DNA of 11,943 nucleotides from a virus: UHGV virus genome UHGV-0862314; one strand, 5' to 3'. Shown piece by piece: positions 1 to 8,299 of this stretch (position 1 is its first letter; each line of letters starts with the position of its first letter). The notes under the pieces were generated by a model. It saw only the letters and a program-made list of their open reading frames with translations, ran no database searches and was not told where the DNA came from. The position numbers and the translations under genes were made by a program.

Positions 1-127
1 ACTGGAAATGGTATGAAAACAACAAGCGATCTTGGCAAGATGCCAAAGCTTATAATTACCCCCATCAAGAAATAGCCAATATATGAGTGGCAAAGATACA
101 GCGGGTAGCTAATGTCAGCCATAAATC
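1..127. repeat. Left arm of a perfect inverted repeat (>=127 bp, truncated by the window edge); reverse complement equals 1322..1448
   Basis: Direct comparison: the reverse complement of 1..127 matches 1322..1448 base for base. Identity breaks at 128 versus 1321. Confidence 0.9.
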
Positions 128-1061
128 CAGCGAACTTGTGCTCTTTAATTTTATCGTTTATTGAGTAGCAGAGAGCAAATGCCAGTATAGTAATGGCAAA
201 CCAGCTAAAAGTAGGAACTATTGCAACATACATGCCAGCTTGATGGATATGCATGTTTACATAAACGAATCCAAAATACTGGATAAGGATGGTGTAAATT
301 AGTGCATGTAAGCCAATTCTCTTTTTAGCATGAAGGAAGAAAGTCGTCCCAAGAAGCATGAAAGAAATCAGATAAACAGCTTTAATGACACTGCCAAGAT
401 TTATGGAAGGGAATGTGCTGCTGATTATATCAAAATATTTAGAAAGTTTAATTGCCGCTACATCAAGAATAGCGCTCAGTATAATGACATCATAAAGACT
501 AACTTCCTTAACCTTTCTTATTGCGAAAGAGATATTCATATAGATAGCTGCTACTACATAAAATAATATCTCCACACCCAGAGTCCATGCGACAGGGTCT
601 AGCCATCTAGTTCCAGAAATGTAAGTATTTAATCCAATGAGATACGAGCCAATTATGTCTGTAGAATTATAAACATACTCAACCCCTTTGCCTTGGTAGA
701 TGGCAAACCCTATGCCAGCAACAAGTAGGTTAAGAGTAAAAACAAATGCGTAAGTAGGGAATAATCTGAAAAAACGCTTAGAGAAGAAGGTGGTAAAACT
801 ATATCTTTCAATTGACATCGGGATTACAAATCCGCTGATCATGAAAAATATTGCAACGCCGAATACAGCCATAAATCCAGGAAAGTCAACCGGCACTAAT
901 TGTACAAGCCATGGGTAAGAACGGTCTTCAACTTGCGGAACATTAACGAAAGATGAGAGCATTGGGTTAGCATTGAAAAAAGACGTCCCGAAATGCGCAA
1001 ACATGACAGATAGTGCAGCCAACCCTCTTAAATATTGTGCAAAAAGATACTTGTTATTCAT
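1..1061 (-). CDS. Acyltransferase family 3 integral membrane protein, Oac/OafA-like putative O-antigen O-acetyltransferase; 3' end runs off the window start
   Basis: Not in the ORF track because it runs off the window edge. My minus-strand translation from ATG at 1061..1059 is open for 353 codons to position 1: MNNKYLFAQYLRGLAALSVMFAHFG...FPGFMAVFGVAIFFMISGFVIPMS...FFRLFPTYAFVF...DISYPLYLCHSYIGYFLMG. It is strongly hydrophobic and multi-pass-like, with the N-terminal pattern typical of acyltransferase-3 proteins. The region is visibly AT-rich, and the gene sits next to a tailspike as oac does in Sf6-like phages. Confidence 0.75.
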   Translation of the reverse strand, partial: MNNKYLFAQYLRGLAALSVMFAHFGTSFFNANPMLSSFVNVPQVEDRSYPWLVQLVPVDFPGFMAVFGVAIFFMISGFVIPMSIERYSFTTFFSKRFFRLFPTYAFVFTLNLLVAGIGFAIYQGKGVEYVYNSTDIIGSYLIGLNTYISGTRWLDPVAWTLGVEILFYVVAAIYMNISFAIRKVKEVSLYDVIILSAILDVAAIKLSKYFDIISSTFPSINLGSVIKAVYLISFMLLGTTFFLHAKKRIGLHALIYTILIQYFGFVYVNMHIHQAGMYVAIVPTFSWFAITILAFALCYSINDKIKEHKFAGFMADISYPLYLCHSYIGYFLMGVIISFGILPRSLVVFIPFP

Positions 1062-1321
1062 TTGTTTCACTCAAATTAACAGAACACACATTTAAATTAA
1101 TAAACTAATTTTTGGTTTTGTTATTTTTAAAATTGTTAATTTCATCAAGGATCCAGAATGCTACAACCATGACATCTGCAGTTAGTATGGCATATCTGAA
1201 CAGGCTTGAAGGCATGGGTAGTAACCCACTAGAGATAGCAAAACCAGAAATTACGAGCCTGTACATAGATTTGTGTAATTGCCTGATTTTGATATGTTCA
1301 ATCCAGCATCAAATGAAGGTT

Positions 1322-1448
1322 GATTTATGGCTGACATTAGCTACCCGCTGTATCTTTGCCACTCATATATTGGCTATTTCTTGATGGGGGTAATTATAAG
1401 CTTTGGCATCTTGCCAAGATCGCTTGTTGTTTTCATACCATTTCCAGT
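1322..1448. repeat. Right arm of the inverted repeat, carrying a second copy of the acyltransferase 3' coding segment
   Basis: Identical to the reverse complement of 1..127. Encodes (G)FMADISYPLYLCHSYIGYFLMGVIISFGILPRSLVVFIPFP on the plus strand. Confidence 0.9.
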
Positions 1449-1542
1449 GGCTATCGGCGTTGCATACCTCATACACAAATACGTGGAAATGCCGACGCAC
1501 AGAATGACTTTCTCAGGAATATTGAAACTCAAAAAGGCATAA
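1327..1542 (+). pseudogene. Detached, inverted duplicate of the acyltransferase 3' end (71 codons with stop), lacking its own 5' part
   Basis: ORF-track product MADISYPLYLCHSYIGYFLMGVIISFGILPRSLVVFIPFPVAIGVAYLIHKYVEMPTHRMTFSGILKLKKA repeats the C-terminal part of the minus-strand acyltransferase. There is no upstream N-terminal coding on this strand. Confidence 0.6.
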
Positions 1543-1544
1543 TT

Positions 1545-1567
1545 AAAGGGGCTTGCGCCCCTTTTTT
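1545..1567. terminator. Probable bidirectional rho-independent terminator between convergent genes
   Basis: AAAGGGGC-TTGC-GCCCCTTT hairpin (arms GGGGC/GCCCC) followed by a T6 run on the plus strand and preceded by an A-rich run for the minus strand. It lies between the plus-strand stop at 1540..1542 and the minus-strand stop at 1566..1568. Confidence 0.7.
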
Positions 1568-2630
1568 AGTATCCAACAGTCTGAACTGCCCCTGACCCAG
1601 ATGAAGATGATTGAAGTTCCATGGTGTAATAACCATTAAGTGGCTCACCTTCCCAATCAAGGTTAATGCGTAATACATGGCCATATTTGGTTGCATTTGA
1701 CTGGGCGATAAACCCTCCAGGCTTATCTATATCTCTCTGTGGCATCCCAGAATATACCTGATTTGCAGTATATGCCTTATCAACAGCAGGAGCGCCAATA
1801 GAGGCGGTAATTTTAGGCCACGTTCCGGAGCTGTGCAGAACATCTACAGCATACCCGGTAAGCCCGGTTGATGTTCTCCTGATCAAACATTCAATATACC
1901 CACTCCCATGAGATCCGCCAATCGACTTGATAATCAGTTTTGCAGTACCGCAATCCCATGGATTTAAAGTCTGATCCCAACATTCAGCCTTTAGGCCGCT
2001 AGGCATAGGAAAATCCACGCTGGTTAACACTGCCTCACCTGGCCATACTCCTCCCACAACTATTGGACTCGGTATCCTGACACTCAATGTTTCTAAATAT
2101 CCTCTTCCCCATCCATTATTTGTTTGTCTGGCAAGGTGCTCGTAAATTGGCCTTATTGTCAAAGCCTGAATAAACGCTGGCTTGGATGCTGACGCATCTG
2201 CTGCGTTATAAATACTGATAGTTTTCCATCCCCTACCAATCAGCGTACCAATACGCTTTTGCAAGGCATCAGAGTGATTATTAGATCCACGATTTCGTGC
2301 TACAGTAACAGTGCTCTGAATTGCGTTATAGTTTGTTTGCACAAAACTATTTTGCTCGGCGAAAGCATAGTATGAAACCCCTATAGAGGGAGGGACCTCC
2401 TGTGGTTCAGAGAAGCAAAATGACAAATTAGAGTCATCCAGCCAGCTACCAACAACATCAACTTCTGCTGCCTCTGCATCAAGATAGAAACTGTATGACG
2501 TTCTAACATATTTTCCAGCATCAAACCCACCAATGATGCCTTGAAGCGTATATGTCTCGTAACCAAATCCCATTGTTACATTGTCAAAAGCATCAAAAAA
2601 ACCATCTGATCGCTCTGTTTGTATGGCCAT
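1566..2630 (-). CDS. 354-aa hypothetical protein directly downstream of and overlapping the tailspike ORF; likely the distal receptor-binding part of the tailspike or a second tail-fiber protein
   Basis: ORF track. Gly/Ser/Thr/Tyr-rich composition with no motif I recognise. It overlaps the tailspike ORF by 55 nt in another frame, and neither ATG 2630 nor ATG 2573 has a clear Shine-Dalgarno. Confidence 0.6.
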   Translation of the reverse strand: MAIQTERSDGFFDAFDNVTMGFGYETYTLQGIIGGFDAGKYVRTSYSFYLDAEAAEVDVVGSWLDDSNLSFCFSEPQEVPPSIGVSYYAFAEQNSFVQTNYNAIQSTVTVARNRGSNNHSDALQKRIGTLIGRGWKTISIYNAADASASKPAFIQALTIRPIYEHLARQTNNGWGRGYLETLSVRIPSPIVVGGVWPGEAVLTSVDFPMPSGLKAECWDQTLNPWDCGTAKLIIKSIGGSHGSGYIECLIRRTSTGLTGYAVDVLHSSGTWPKITASIGAPAVDKAYTANQVYSGMPQRDIDKPGGFIAQSNATKYGHVLRINLDWEGEPLNGYYTMELQSSSSGSGAVQTVGY

Positions 2631-3775
2631 ACCGTTATTTCTGTAGATACTGGTCTATAAAACGGAAGCATTCCTCCGGCCATCATCATTGAACCAATTG
2701 CTTCAGCTATTCGTTGATATCCGACAGAGTTGAAGTGAATTGGATCTGATGCGATAGAACCATATGGGATATTGTATGGTATTTCATTTGCTTCGATATA
2801 TGCACAACCATATACATGAGCTAAATTTCTGATTTCCTGCCCCCAAATTTGGAACTGTTGAATATTACCATGCTGCTCATTACCACCTGCAACTGGCTGA
2901 AGAATAATAACCCCCATCCCCCAATCAATGAATCTACGAATGAACTTCTCCATATACGTTAAATACACGTCTATCGTGGTTGATGTAGAGTCATTTATCG
3001 CATACATAATAATTGCAACATCACAATTAGGATTATCCTGCCATGCTAAATATTCAAATCCTTGTTGTGCTGTCTGCCCGGATACTGCTCTAGTGATACT
3101 TGTTACATTCCCACCGGTACAGATAGAAAGGTATCTTGCGAGCCTTTCTGGATAGGTTACATTAGCACGACGCGTTAACCCTGTTCCGTTTGCATCTGTT
3201 GAGTTAGGATCCCAACCAAAAGTCTCACTATCTCCCTGACAAAGGATCGATAATCCAGACTTTTTACGAAGATTGAAGTGAGCCTTGGTAAGAGCCTGAA
3301 TATTTCTGTTTCTATAATCAGCGCTATCTGATGCCAAAGTAGCGTTGCCAAGATTTGTAATGTGCTCTTGAACAGTCTTCCCATCATCAGTTCCGATTAA
3401 TAAAGATCCTCCTGATCCAGACAGTTCCTGTCGCAGTTGATCTGGATCATATTTAATTACATTAGGGTAATAAAATTGCAAACCACCAACAGCATCATAC
3501 ACCGCCATCGAATGGCCTTTCACAGTAACAAACTTGGCAATCTGTCCGTTATATACAGGGTAACCAGCAGCGTTAATGATGATTGGTTGCGAAACAGGAA
3601 CGTGAGAACCATCCTCATTATCCACATAAACCTGAATCTGGTTTTCAGGATTTACAGGGTCAGTGTCAATTTTACCGATATAAATTTTGCCATTGGCAAC
3701 CGCTTTAAAAGAACGCGCCATAGTGAAAAGTTGCGAAGGCATCGATACGATCACATTGGCTGTAATGTCTGTCAT
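2576..3775 (-). CDS. Tailspike protein: P22 gp9-like N-terminal head-binding domain fused to an SGNH/GDSL hydrolase (esterase) domain
   Basis: N-terminus [59 protein letters not shown] closely matches the recalled P22 tailspike N-terminus ([58 protein letters not shown]). Downstream SGNH blocks are GDSET (codons at 3221..3235), AIND, and DPIH (about 2735..2746). GGAG ribosome-binding site at 3786..3789 with good spacing. Confidence 0.85.
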   Translation of the reverse strand: MTDITANVIVSMPSQLFTMARSFKAVANGKIYIGKIDTDPVNPENQIQVYVDNEDGSHVPVSQPIIINAAGYPVYNGQIAKFVTVKGHSMAVYDAVGGLQFYYPNVIKYDPDQLRQELSGSGGSLLIGTDDGKTVQEHITNLGNATLASDSADYRNRNIQALTKAHFNLRKKSGLSILCQGDSETFGWDPNSTDANGTGLTRRANVTYPERLARYLSICTGGNVTSITRAVSGQTAQQGFEYLAWQDNPNCDVAIIMYAINDSTSTTIDVYLTYMEKFIRRFIDWGMGVIILQPVAGGNEQHGNIQQFQIWGQEIRNLAHVYGCAYIEANEIPYNIPYGSIASDPIHFNSVGYQRIAEAIGSMMMAGGMLPFYRPVSTEITVWPYKQSDQMVFLMLLTM

Positions 3776-3910
3776 TTAATTTGCTCCAGATACAAGGAAT
3801 CGCCGCAGAGTGGCTACGGTTGGTGTTTGTTGCATACCGAAACGGTACGATTGTTGATTTGTACAGTAGGTTTTACGATGCCATTCCACCCAACTGGTGA
3901 GGCATCAAGG
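3776..3910. promoter_or_regulatory. Divergent intergenic region between the tailspike start and mnt start; candidate promoter/operator region
   Basis: 135-bp non-coding gap between divergently oriented starts. Contains a short inverted repeat TACCG-AAA-CGGTA at 3835..3847. No confident -35/-10 could be assigned by eye. Confidence 0.3.
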
Positions 3911-4171
3911 ATGTACAGCAAATACGACGAGGCGCAGTTTCACTTGAGACTTCCGCATGAACTTCACGCGAAAATTAAGCAGCGTGCGAAGATGAATAAC
4001 AGGTCGCTGAACTCAGAGATAATTGCAGCGATTGAAGAATCATTGGCTAAACAAAGCTCTGCATCCGGTTACATTGACGATGCAGAGCGTATGGCAGAAC
4101 AACAATCCGATATGGTAAAGAAAATTGTCTTTGATACGTTCAGAGATTTATATAAAAAAGACAGCAACTAA
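3911..4171 (+). CDS. mnt: Mnt-like ribbon-helix-helix transcriptional repressor (Arc/MetJ superfamily)
   Basis: MYSKYDEAQFHLRLPHELHAKIKQRAKMNNRSLNSEIIAAIEESLAKQSSASGYIDDAERMAEQQSDMVKKIVFDTFRDLYKKDSN aligns along its length with recalled P22 Mnt (...NGRSMNSELLQIVQDALSK...TGYRNDAERLADEQSELVKKMVFDTLKDLYKK). GGTGAGG Shine-Dalgarno lies 9 nt upstream of the ATG at 3911. The ORF-track entry 3437..4171 is an over-extension antisense to the tailspike. Confidence 0.8.
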   Translation: MYSKYDEAQFHLRLPHELHAKIKQRAKMNNRSLNSEIIAAIEESLAKQSSASGYIDDAERMAEQQSDMVKKIVFDTFRDLYKKDSN

Positions 4172-4188
4172 CCATCCGTGTCTTTCCG

Positions 4189-5490
4189 TTACTTCTGGTT
4201 ATCATCACTGTTCATCCAGTACATGATGCCTAGCCTTGATATGGTTTTCTTATCTGATTCTGGAAGTGAGTTGTAAAACGAGCGCCAAGCAGAAGAGCGT
4301 CTTACAGTTGTATCAACGATGCTTTCTGGTGCTTGTTTTACTGCCAGCCTTGCTGCTTTCTGGAATTCTGGTGAGCTAATTAGCTTTTCTGCAGATTCAA
4401 TTGATTCAGCGCCGCCCATCGCCCTGATTTTGCTGGCGACTTTTGCCCCAATTTCTGACCCAGCAACAGCACCTACTGCACTGAACGGTCCTGACACAGT
4501 TGAACCAACCGCAGTGCCAATGCGTTGGGCATGGTTAGCAACAAATTCATTTGCCACAGTGACGCGATTAAACCGTTTGACGAACTCGTTTAGTCTTCCT
4601 GTAGTTATCTCGTAAGATTTTGCATCTTTGATAGCCTTTGCGACCTTATATACATCGTTCAGACCTGACATAGTCTCTTTTGGTAAATGTTGGGCAAGAT
4701 TGCGCATCTGCCCGTTTGCTAACATGTTTTGATACCAGTCAGCAAACCCTGCAGGATTAAAATCAGCGCCACGTTTTCCGTTCGAAAGCATATCCCGGAG
4801 ACCTGTCCCCAGTAGCTCGGTTCTTAGCTTCCTGGACGGCGTGTTTTGCATCAATTCACGAAATCCTTTGGCATCGCCTTTCGACATTGCCTGTAGTGCT
4901 GTAGTTGCTTTGCGAGAAACATCACCGTTCAGCGTTCTGCCAGTTAGATTAATCATTTGCTCTTCCATGCTTTTTCGCATCTGAACAAGCCTCTGAGCAA
5001 CTTCAAAATCACGTAATGCATTTGTCTCTGACAGCGCCGCCTTTTGATCATCGGCGAGCGAACCGTAAAGCCTCGATAAAGCAGCGCGATCAGCATCTTT
5101 ATATGGTCCAGACTTCTTATGAAGTGCATCACCAACAAGTCGTCGTTGCTTATTGAGATTTGCATAAGTTAATGCGCCGTTCTTGCCTGGATTAACTGCC
5201 CGAAAGACTCTCTTTTCAATAGGGTCAAGGTTTTTCATCCCGCCAAGATCTTCTGCCACCTGTTTGAGCATTGACCTTGTTGATGGCGCATCAATTTTTG
5301 CACCTGCAGGCATCGCCTTTTCAACATTGCGATAAAGCTGGTCGCTTCGTTTCATCAGCGCAGACATTCTTCCATTGATCGTATCAATAAACTTGTCGCT
5401 CATACCAAGAGCATCTTTTGCACCGGAAACGCGATCAATTATCTCCCCCGCGCCCTGTGCTAGTTGCCTGATTGCTTCATTTTCCTGCAC
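4189..5490 (-). CDS. C-terminal portion of a gp16-position DNA ejection/injection protein; the frame is open upstream to 5676 and the annotated GTG start is probably not the true start
   Basis: ORF track, synteny after the gp20-like gene. My translation shows the same frame open with no ATG from 5676 down to 5491 ([62 protein letters not shown]). Confidence 0.65.
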   Translation of the reverse strand: MQENEAIRQLAQGAGEIIDRVSGAKDALGMSDKFIDTINGRMSALMKRSDQLYRNVEKAMPAGAKIDAPSTRSMLKQVAEDLGGMKNLDPIEKRVFRAVNPGKNGALTYANLNKQRRLVGDALHKKSGPYKDADRAALSRLYGSLADDQKAALSETNALRDFEVAQRLVQMRKSMEEQMINLTGRTLNGDVSRKATTALQAMSKGDAKGFRELMQNTPSRKLRTELLGTGLRDMLSNGKRGADFNPAGFADWYQNMLANGQMRNLAQHLPKETMSGLNDVYKVAKAIKDAKSYEITTGRLNEFVKRFNRVTVANEFVANHAQRIGTAVGSTVSGPFSAVGAVAGSEIGAKVASKIRAMGGAESIESAEKLISSPEFQKAARLAVKQAPESIVDTTVRRSSAWRSFYNSLPESDKKTISRLGIMYWMNSDDNQK

Positions 5491-5638
5491 CCGTAGAGCA
5501 GAACCCGCACGGGACTTGATTGCTTGCTCAACTGCCTTGTATTGCTCGTTCCCGGAAAAGTGTGAAGGGAGTAATGAATCAACATTAAGCCTTTCAGCAG
5601 ACTCCAGAACTTCAGCCTGAGGATTGATATCTAGTTCA

Positions 5639-6958
5639 TCAAGCGATGAAGCGAGATTTGGTCCTTTTTTGTGCTGCTACTGTGCGAACGACCTCCTCTG
5701 GGTCCCTCGCCGCAGGCGTCATTGGTACACCTTGTGCTGCTCTTGCCTCTGCGGCATGAACCGCAGGATTTGTTGCTGCAGCGGCATCACCGGAGAATGG
5801 TGATGTTTCTGTTGGCGCAGTACCGGAGAATGGTGATGTTTCTGTTGGCGCAGTGGTCGCTCTCTGTGCAGATGTTTTATTGCCACTAATTATATTTGAT
5901 GCACCACGAACACCACGGGTAACGCCATTTATCAGGCCATGCGTAGCAATGTTAAGTCCGGCATTAATAGCGGCATTTTCGGCAAAATCACCCCGTTGAT
6001 TCGCCGCGTCAGCGAGAGAACCAATGACCATGTTTCCAGCTACTCCTGCTCCAGGAACAAGATAACCGCCTATTGACTCTCCAGCTTGCGCATAAGGGTC
6101 TGTCGGTCGATCTACTGGACGATAGACATCGTCCAAAACCTTGGGGCCACCAAGCCCCTGGCTGATTGCATTAATCAGACTTGCGCCACCCTGCAATACG
6201 TCAAATGGTATGTTTACCAGACCACGACCAGCCTGCTCTGCAATTTGCCCTGCACTTTGACCACCTGTGAGCCAATCGCCAGCTTGTTGCATCAATGATG
6301 GTTCTTCACGTGCTGGTTCATTATTGGCCTGATTAACTGTTTGTTGCTGAACAGGTTTCGGTGCGACAGAACTTACGGGTTGAGGTGGCTGCTGACTGGC
6401 TGCCTGCTGCTCAATCTGAGCAAATGGATTATTTGGGTCTGACTGCACACCTGATGCCGATACTTGTTCGGATGACTGTGCTTCCAGTTGTGCAAACGGG
6501 TTGTTAGGGTCTTGCTGAGGATGTACCTTTGCAGAGGTGGCGCGCTGTTCGACTGTTGAGTCTGTCACCGGGTCACCCGCCCATTGAGCAAAGCGATCAT
6601 CAACGTAACCGCGGCCTTCAGGTCCTGGCGTATATTCACCACGCTTTGCCTTCATAACGTTGCCGGGACCGTCGTGATAAGCCTGAAGAGCATCACGCCA
6701 GTTACCAAACTGCTGGTACATCTTTGCCAGATAGCGCGCGCCAGCGTCAGCCTGATATTCGGGGTTTTGCATTTGCTCATCGGTATAACCCATATCACGC
6801 CATGTCCCAGGCATGACCTGAGTCAATCCTACAGCCCCGGCGGAGCTTACTGCGGCAGGGTTGTAAGAAGACTCCTTGGCACCCAGTGCAGTCATCAACC
6901 CTTCTGGCACACCGTAACGTGCGCCAGCCTGCTCTAACAAATCACGGTAATTAGCCAT
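5639..6958 (-). CDS. N-terminal portion of a gp16-position ejection protein, with a lytic transglycosylase (SLT-like) domain and a Gln/Pro-rich repeat linker
   Basis: N-terminus carries an SLT-like motif ([28 protein letters not shown]...[12 protein letters not shown]). ATG at 6958..6956 directly follows the TAA of the upstream gene (translational coupling). Low-complexity Q/P-rich middle region with internal repeats. Confidence 0.7.
   Translation of the reverse strand: MANYRDLLEQAGARYGVPEGLMTALGAKESSYNPAAVSSAGAVGLTQVMPGTWRDMGYTDEQMQNPEYQADAGARYLAKMYQQFGNWRDALQAYHDGPGNVMKAKRGEYTPGPEGRGYVDDRFAQWAGDPVTDSTVEQRATSAKVHPQQDPNNPFAQLEAQSSEQVSASGVQSDPNNPFAQIEQQAASQQPPQPVSSVAPKPVQQQTVNQANNEPAREEPSLMQQAGDWLTGGQSAGQIAEQAGRGLVNIPFDVLQGGASLINAISQGLGGPKVLDDVYRPVDRPTDPYAQAGESIGGYLVPGAGVAGNMVIGSLADAANQRGDFAENAAINAGLNIATHGLINGVTRGVRGASNIISGNKTSAQRATTAPTETSPFSGTAPTETSPFSGDAAAATNPAVHAAEARAAQGVPMTPAARDPEEVVRTVAAQKRTKSRFIA
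5799..5864. repeat. Exact 2 x 33-bp in-frame tandem duplication inside the ejection protein gene
   Basis: Unit ACCGGAGAATGGTGATGTTTCTGTTGGCGCAGT occurs at 5799..5831 and again at 5832..5864 with no mismatch. On the minus strand it encodes the duplicated peptide [11 protein letters not shown]. Confidence 0.95.
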
Positions 6959-8290
6959 TTACTGCCCCAAAGATGGAAGATATCCGTAGCGATTAATGAA
7001 GTCGATTGACAGCTCGGGGTGCTGCTTCAGGTAATCTATAGAAGCCTGAGGCGCTTCCACTCGCTTGATACCGTTTTGCTGAACGTACTTACCAACCGCC
7101 TCATTACGCTTCTGGTTGAGCGTGTTCAGGATGACGCCAGCGTTGCGACGAAAGGACTCCTCGCTCTGCGAGTTCTGCAGCGAACCAACAGCCTGGTCGA
7201 GCTTTTTGCCCTCGGCATCAGAAAGTGCGCCCATGCCTCGCATGGCCTGAACCGCTGTCAGGTATGCTTGGGATTTAAAGGTATCAAGTCGTGCCTGAGT
7301 GTCTGCAGCCTGTGAGCCTGGAACGTTGGGGATTACTCCACGTAAGCCTGTAATGCTCTTAAGTGAAGGAGAACTAACGATATCGTTCAGAGTGAACATG
7401 CTGGTTGTGAGGGTGTTGATGCCGTCTTTGTAGCCATCATTTAGCGCTTGCTGCTTCTGCTGCAACTGCTGGTTGTTGGCTGCTATGCGGCTCTGTATTT
7501 CCTGGCGCTTCAGGTCGTTAGTTTCTGCTGATAGCATCCGGTCAAGGCGCTTATTTTCGTTGTTAATGCGGTTTGTTTCTGCGTCCAGATTAATGCGCTG
7601 CTGACCTAAATTCGCCTGGATATCTTGTCCGCGCATTGTGATTGCCTGATTCCGAGCGGCGGTTTGCGAATCCAGATCCTGACCGCGCATGGTAACCTGG
7701 CGACCCTGCATTTTATCCTGTAGGTCAAAGTATTTTTCGGGCCCGAGACTGTTCATCCCCAGGTGATCGACAAATTCGCCGAACTGCCGCGGGTTCTGTT
7801 GGTACATCTGAGCGACGTCATGAGGATTAACGCCAACACGAGCTAACTCACCGGCGTTGTTTTGCAGCCATGATTGCATTGCTTCTGGAGACGATGACGC
7901 AAGGCGTGCGCCAGCCGCTAAGGTGCCGATAGAATTACGCTGGTCTTCATCAATGAATCCCATGCCTTTACGAACGGATTCAATCTGATCTGGATATTGA
8001 GTAGCCAACTGACGCAAAGCACCGCGATCACCAGACGCATAAGCATTAGCGTATGCCTGCTGAAATTCTTTCTGCCGCTGAGCCTGCTTTTCCTGCTGAA
8101 ACACCCCCGCAATACCTGAAAGGCCTTGCAAAGCAGTCAGCCCAACATTGTTAGCGCCTGAACGCTCAATATCATTGTTCTGCCTGATAAGCTGAAGCGT
8201 ATTGCCGATGTCATTTACGCTCGGAGCGTTTGAGTTGACGCCACCGATACCAGCCAACAATCCGCCATTTGTTCCTTGCCAAGTAGCCAT
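6959..8290 (-). CDS. gp20-like DNA ejection protein (P22 E-protein family)
   Basis: ORF track, 443 aa, Gln/Asn-rich with a predicted coiled-coil segment. Position between the gp7-like and gp16-position genes matches the P22 order 14-7-20-16. AGGGG ribosome-binding site before ATG 8290. Confidence 0.7.
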   Translation of the reverse strand: MATWQGTNGGLLAGIGGVNSNAPSVNDIGNTLQLIRQNNDIERSGANNVGLTALQGLSGIAGVFQQEKQAQRQKEFQQAYANAYASGDRGALRQLATQYPDQIESVRKGMGFIDEDQRNSIGTLAAGARLASSSPEAMQSWLQNNAGELARVGVNPHDVAQMYQQNPRQFGEFVDHLGMNSLGPEKYFDLQDKMQGRQVTMRGQDLDSQTAARNQAITMRGQDIQANLGQQRINLDAETNRINNENKRLDRMLSAETNDLKRQEIQSRIAANNQQLQQKQQALNDGYKDGINTLTTSMFTLNDIVSSPSLKSITGLRGVIPNVPGSQAADTQARLDTFKSQAYLTAVQAMRGMGALSDAEGKKLDQAVGSLQNSQSEESFRRNAGVILNTLNQKRNEAVGKYVQQNGIKRVEAPQASIDYLKQHPELSIDFINRYGYLPSLGQ

Positions 8291-8299
8291 GATTACCCC

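Noticed and set aside
330-1595. Plus-strand ORFs 330..566, 1112..1384 and 1356..1595
   Set aside because: They lie antisense to, or overlap, the acyltransferase gene and repeat region. Products are low-complexity with no recognisable features; the real duplicated fragment is 1327..1542.
2631-2654. Programmed -1 ribosomal frameshift joining the tailspike and the 354-aa ORF
   Set aside because: The required shift is -1, but I found no canonical X_XXY_YYZ slippery heptamer in the overlap. An indel or a genuine two-gene arrangement is more likely, though frameshifting is not fully excluded.
3835-3847. Palindrome TACCG-AAA-CGGTA as an Mnt operator
   Set aside because: Only 5-bp arms, and it does not resemble the P22 mnt operator as I recall it. 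Too short to call a binding site without a search or experiment.
3437-4171. 244-aa plus-strand ORF from the track
   Set aside because: Only the last 86 codons (3911..4171) are the Mnt-like gene. The upstream part runs antisense through the tailspike head-binding domain and is an over-extension.
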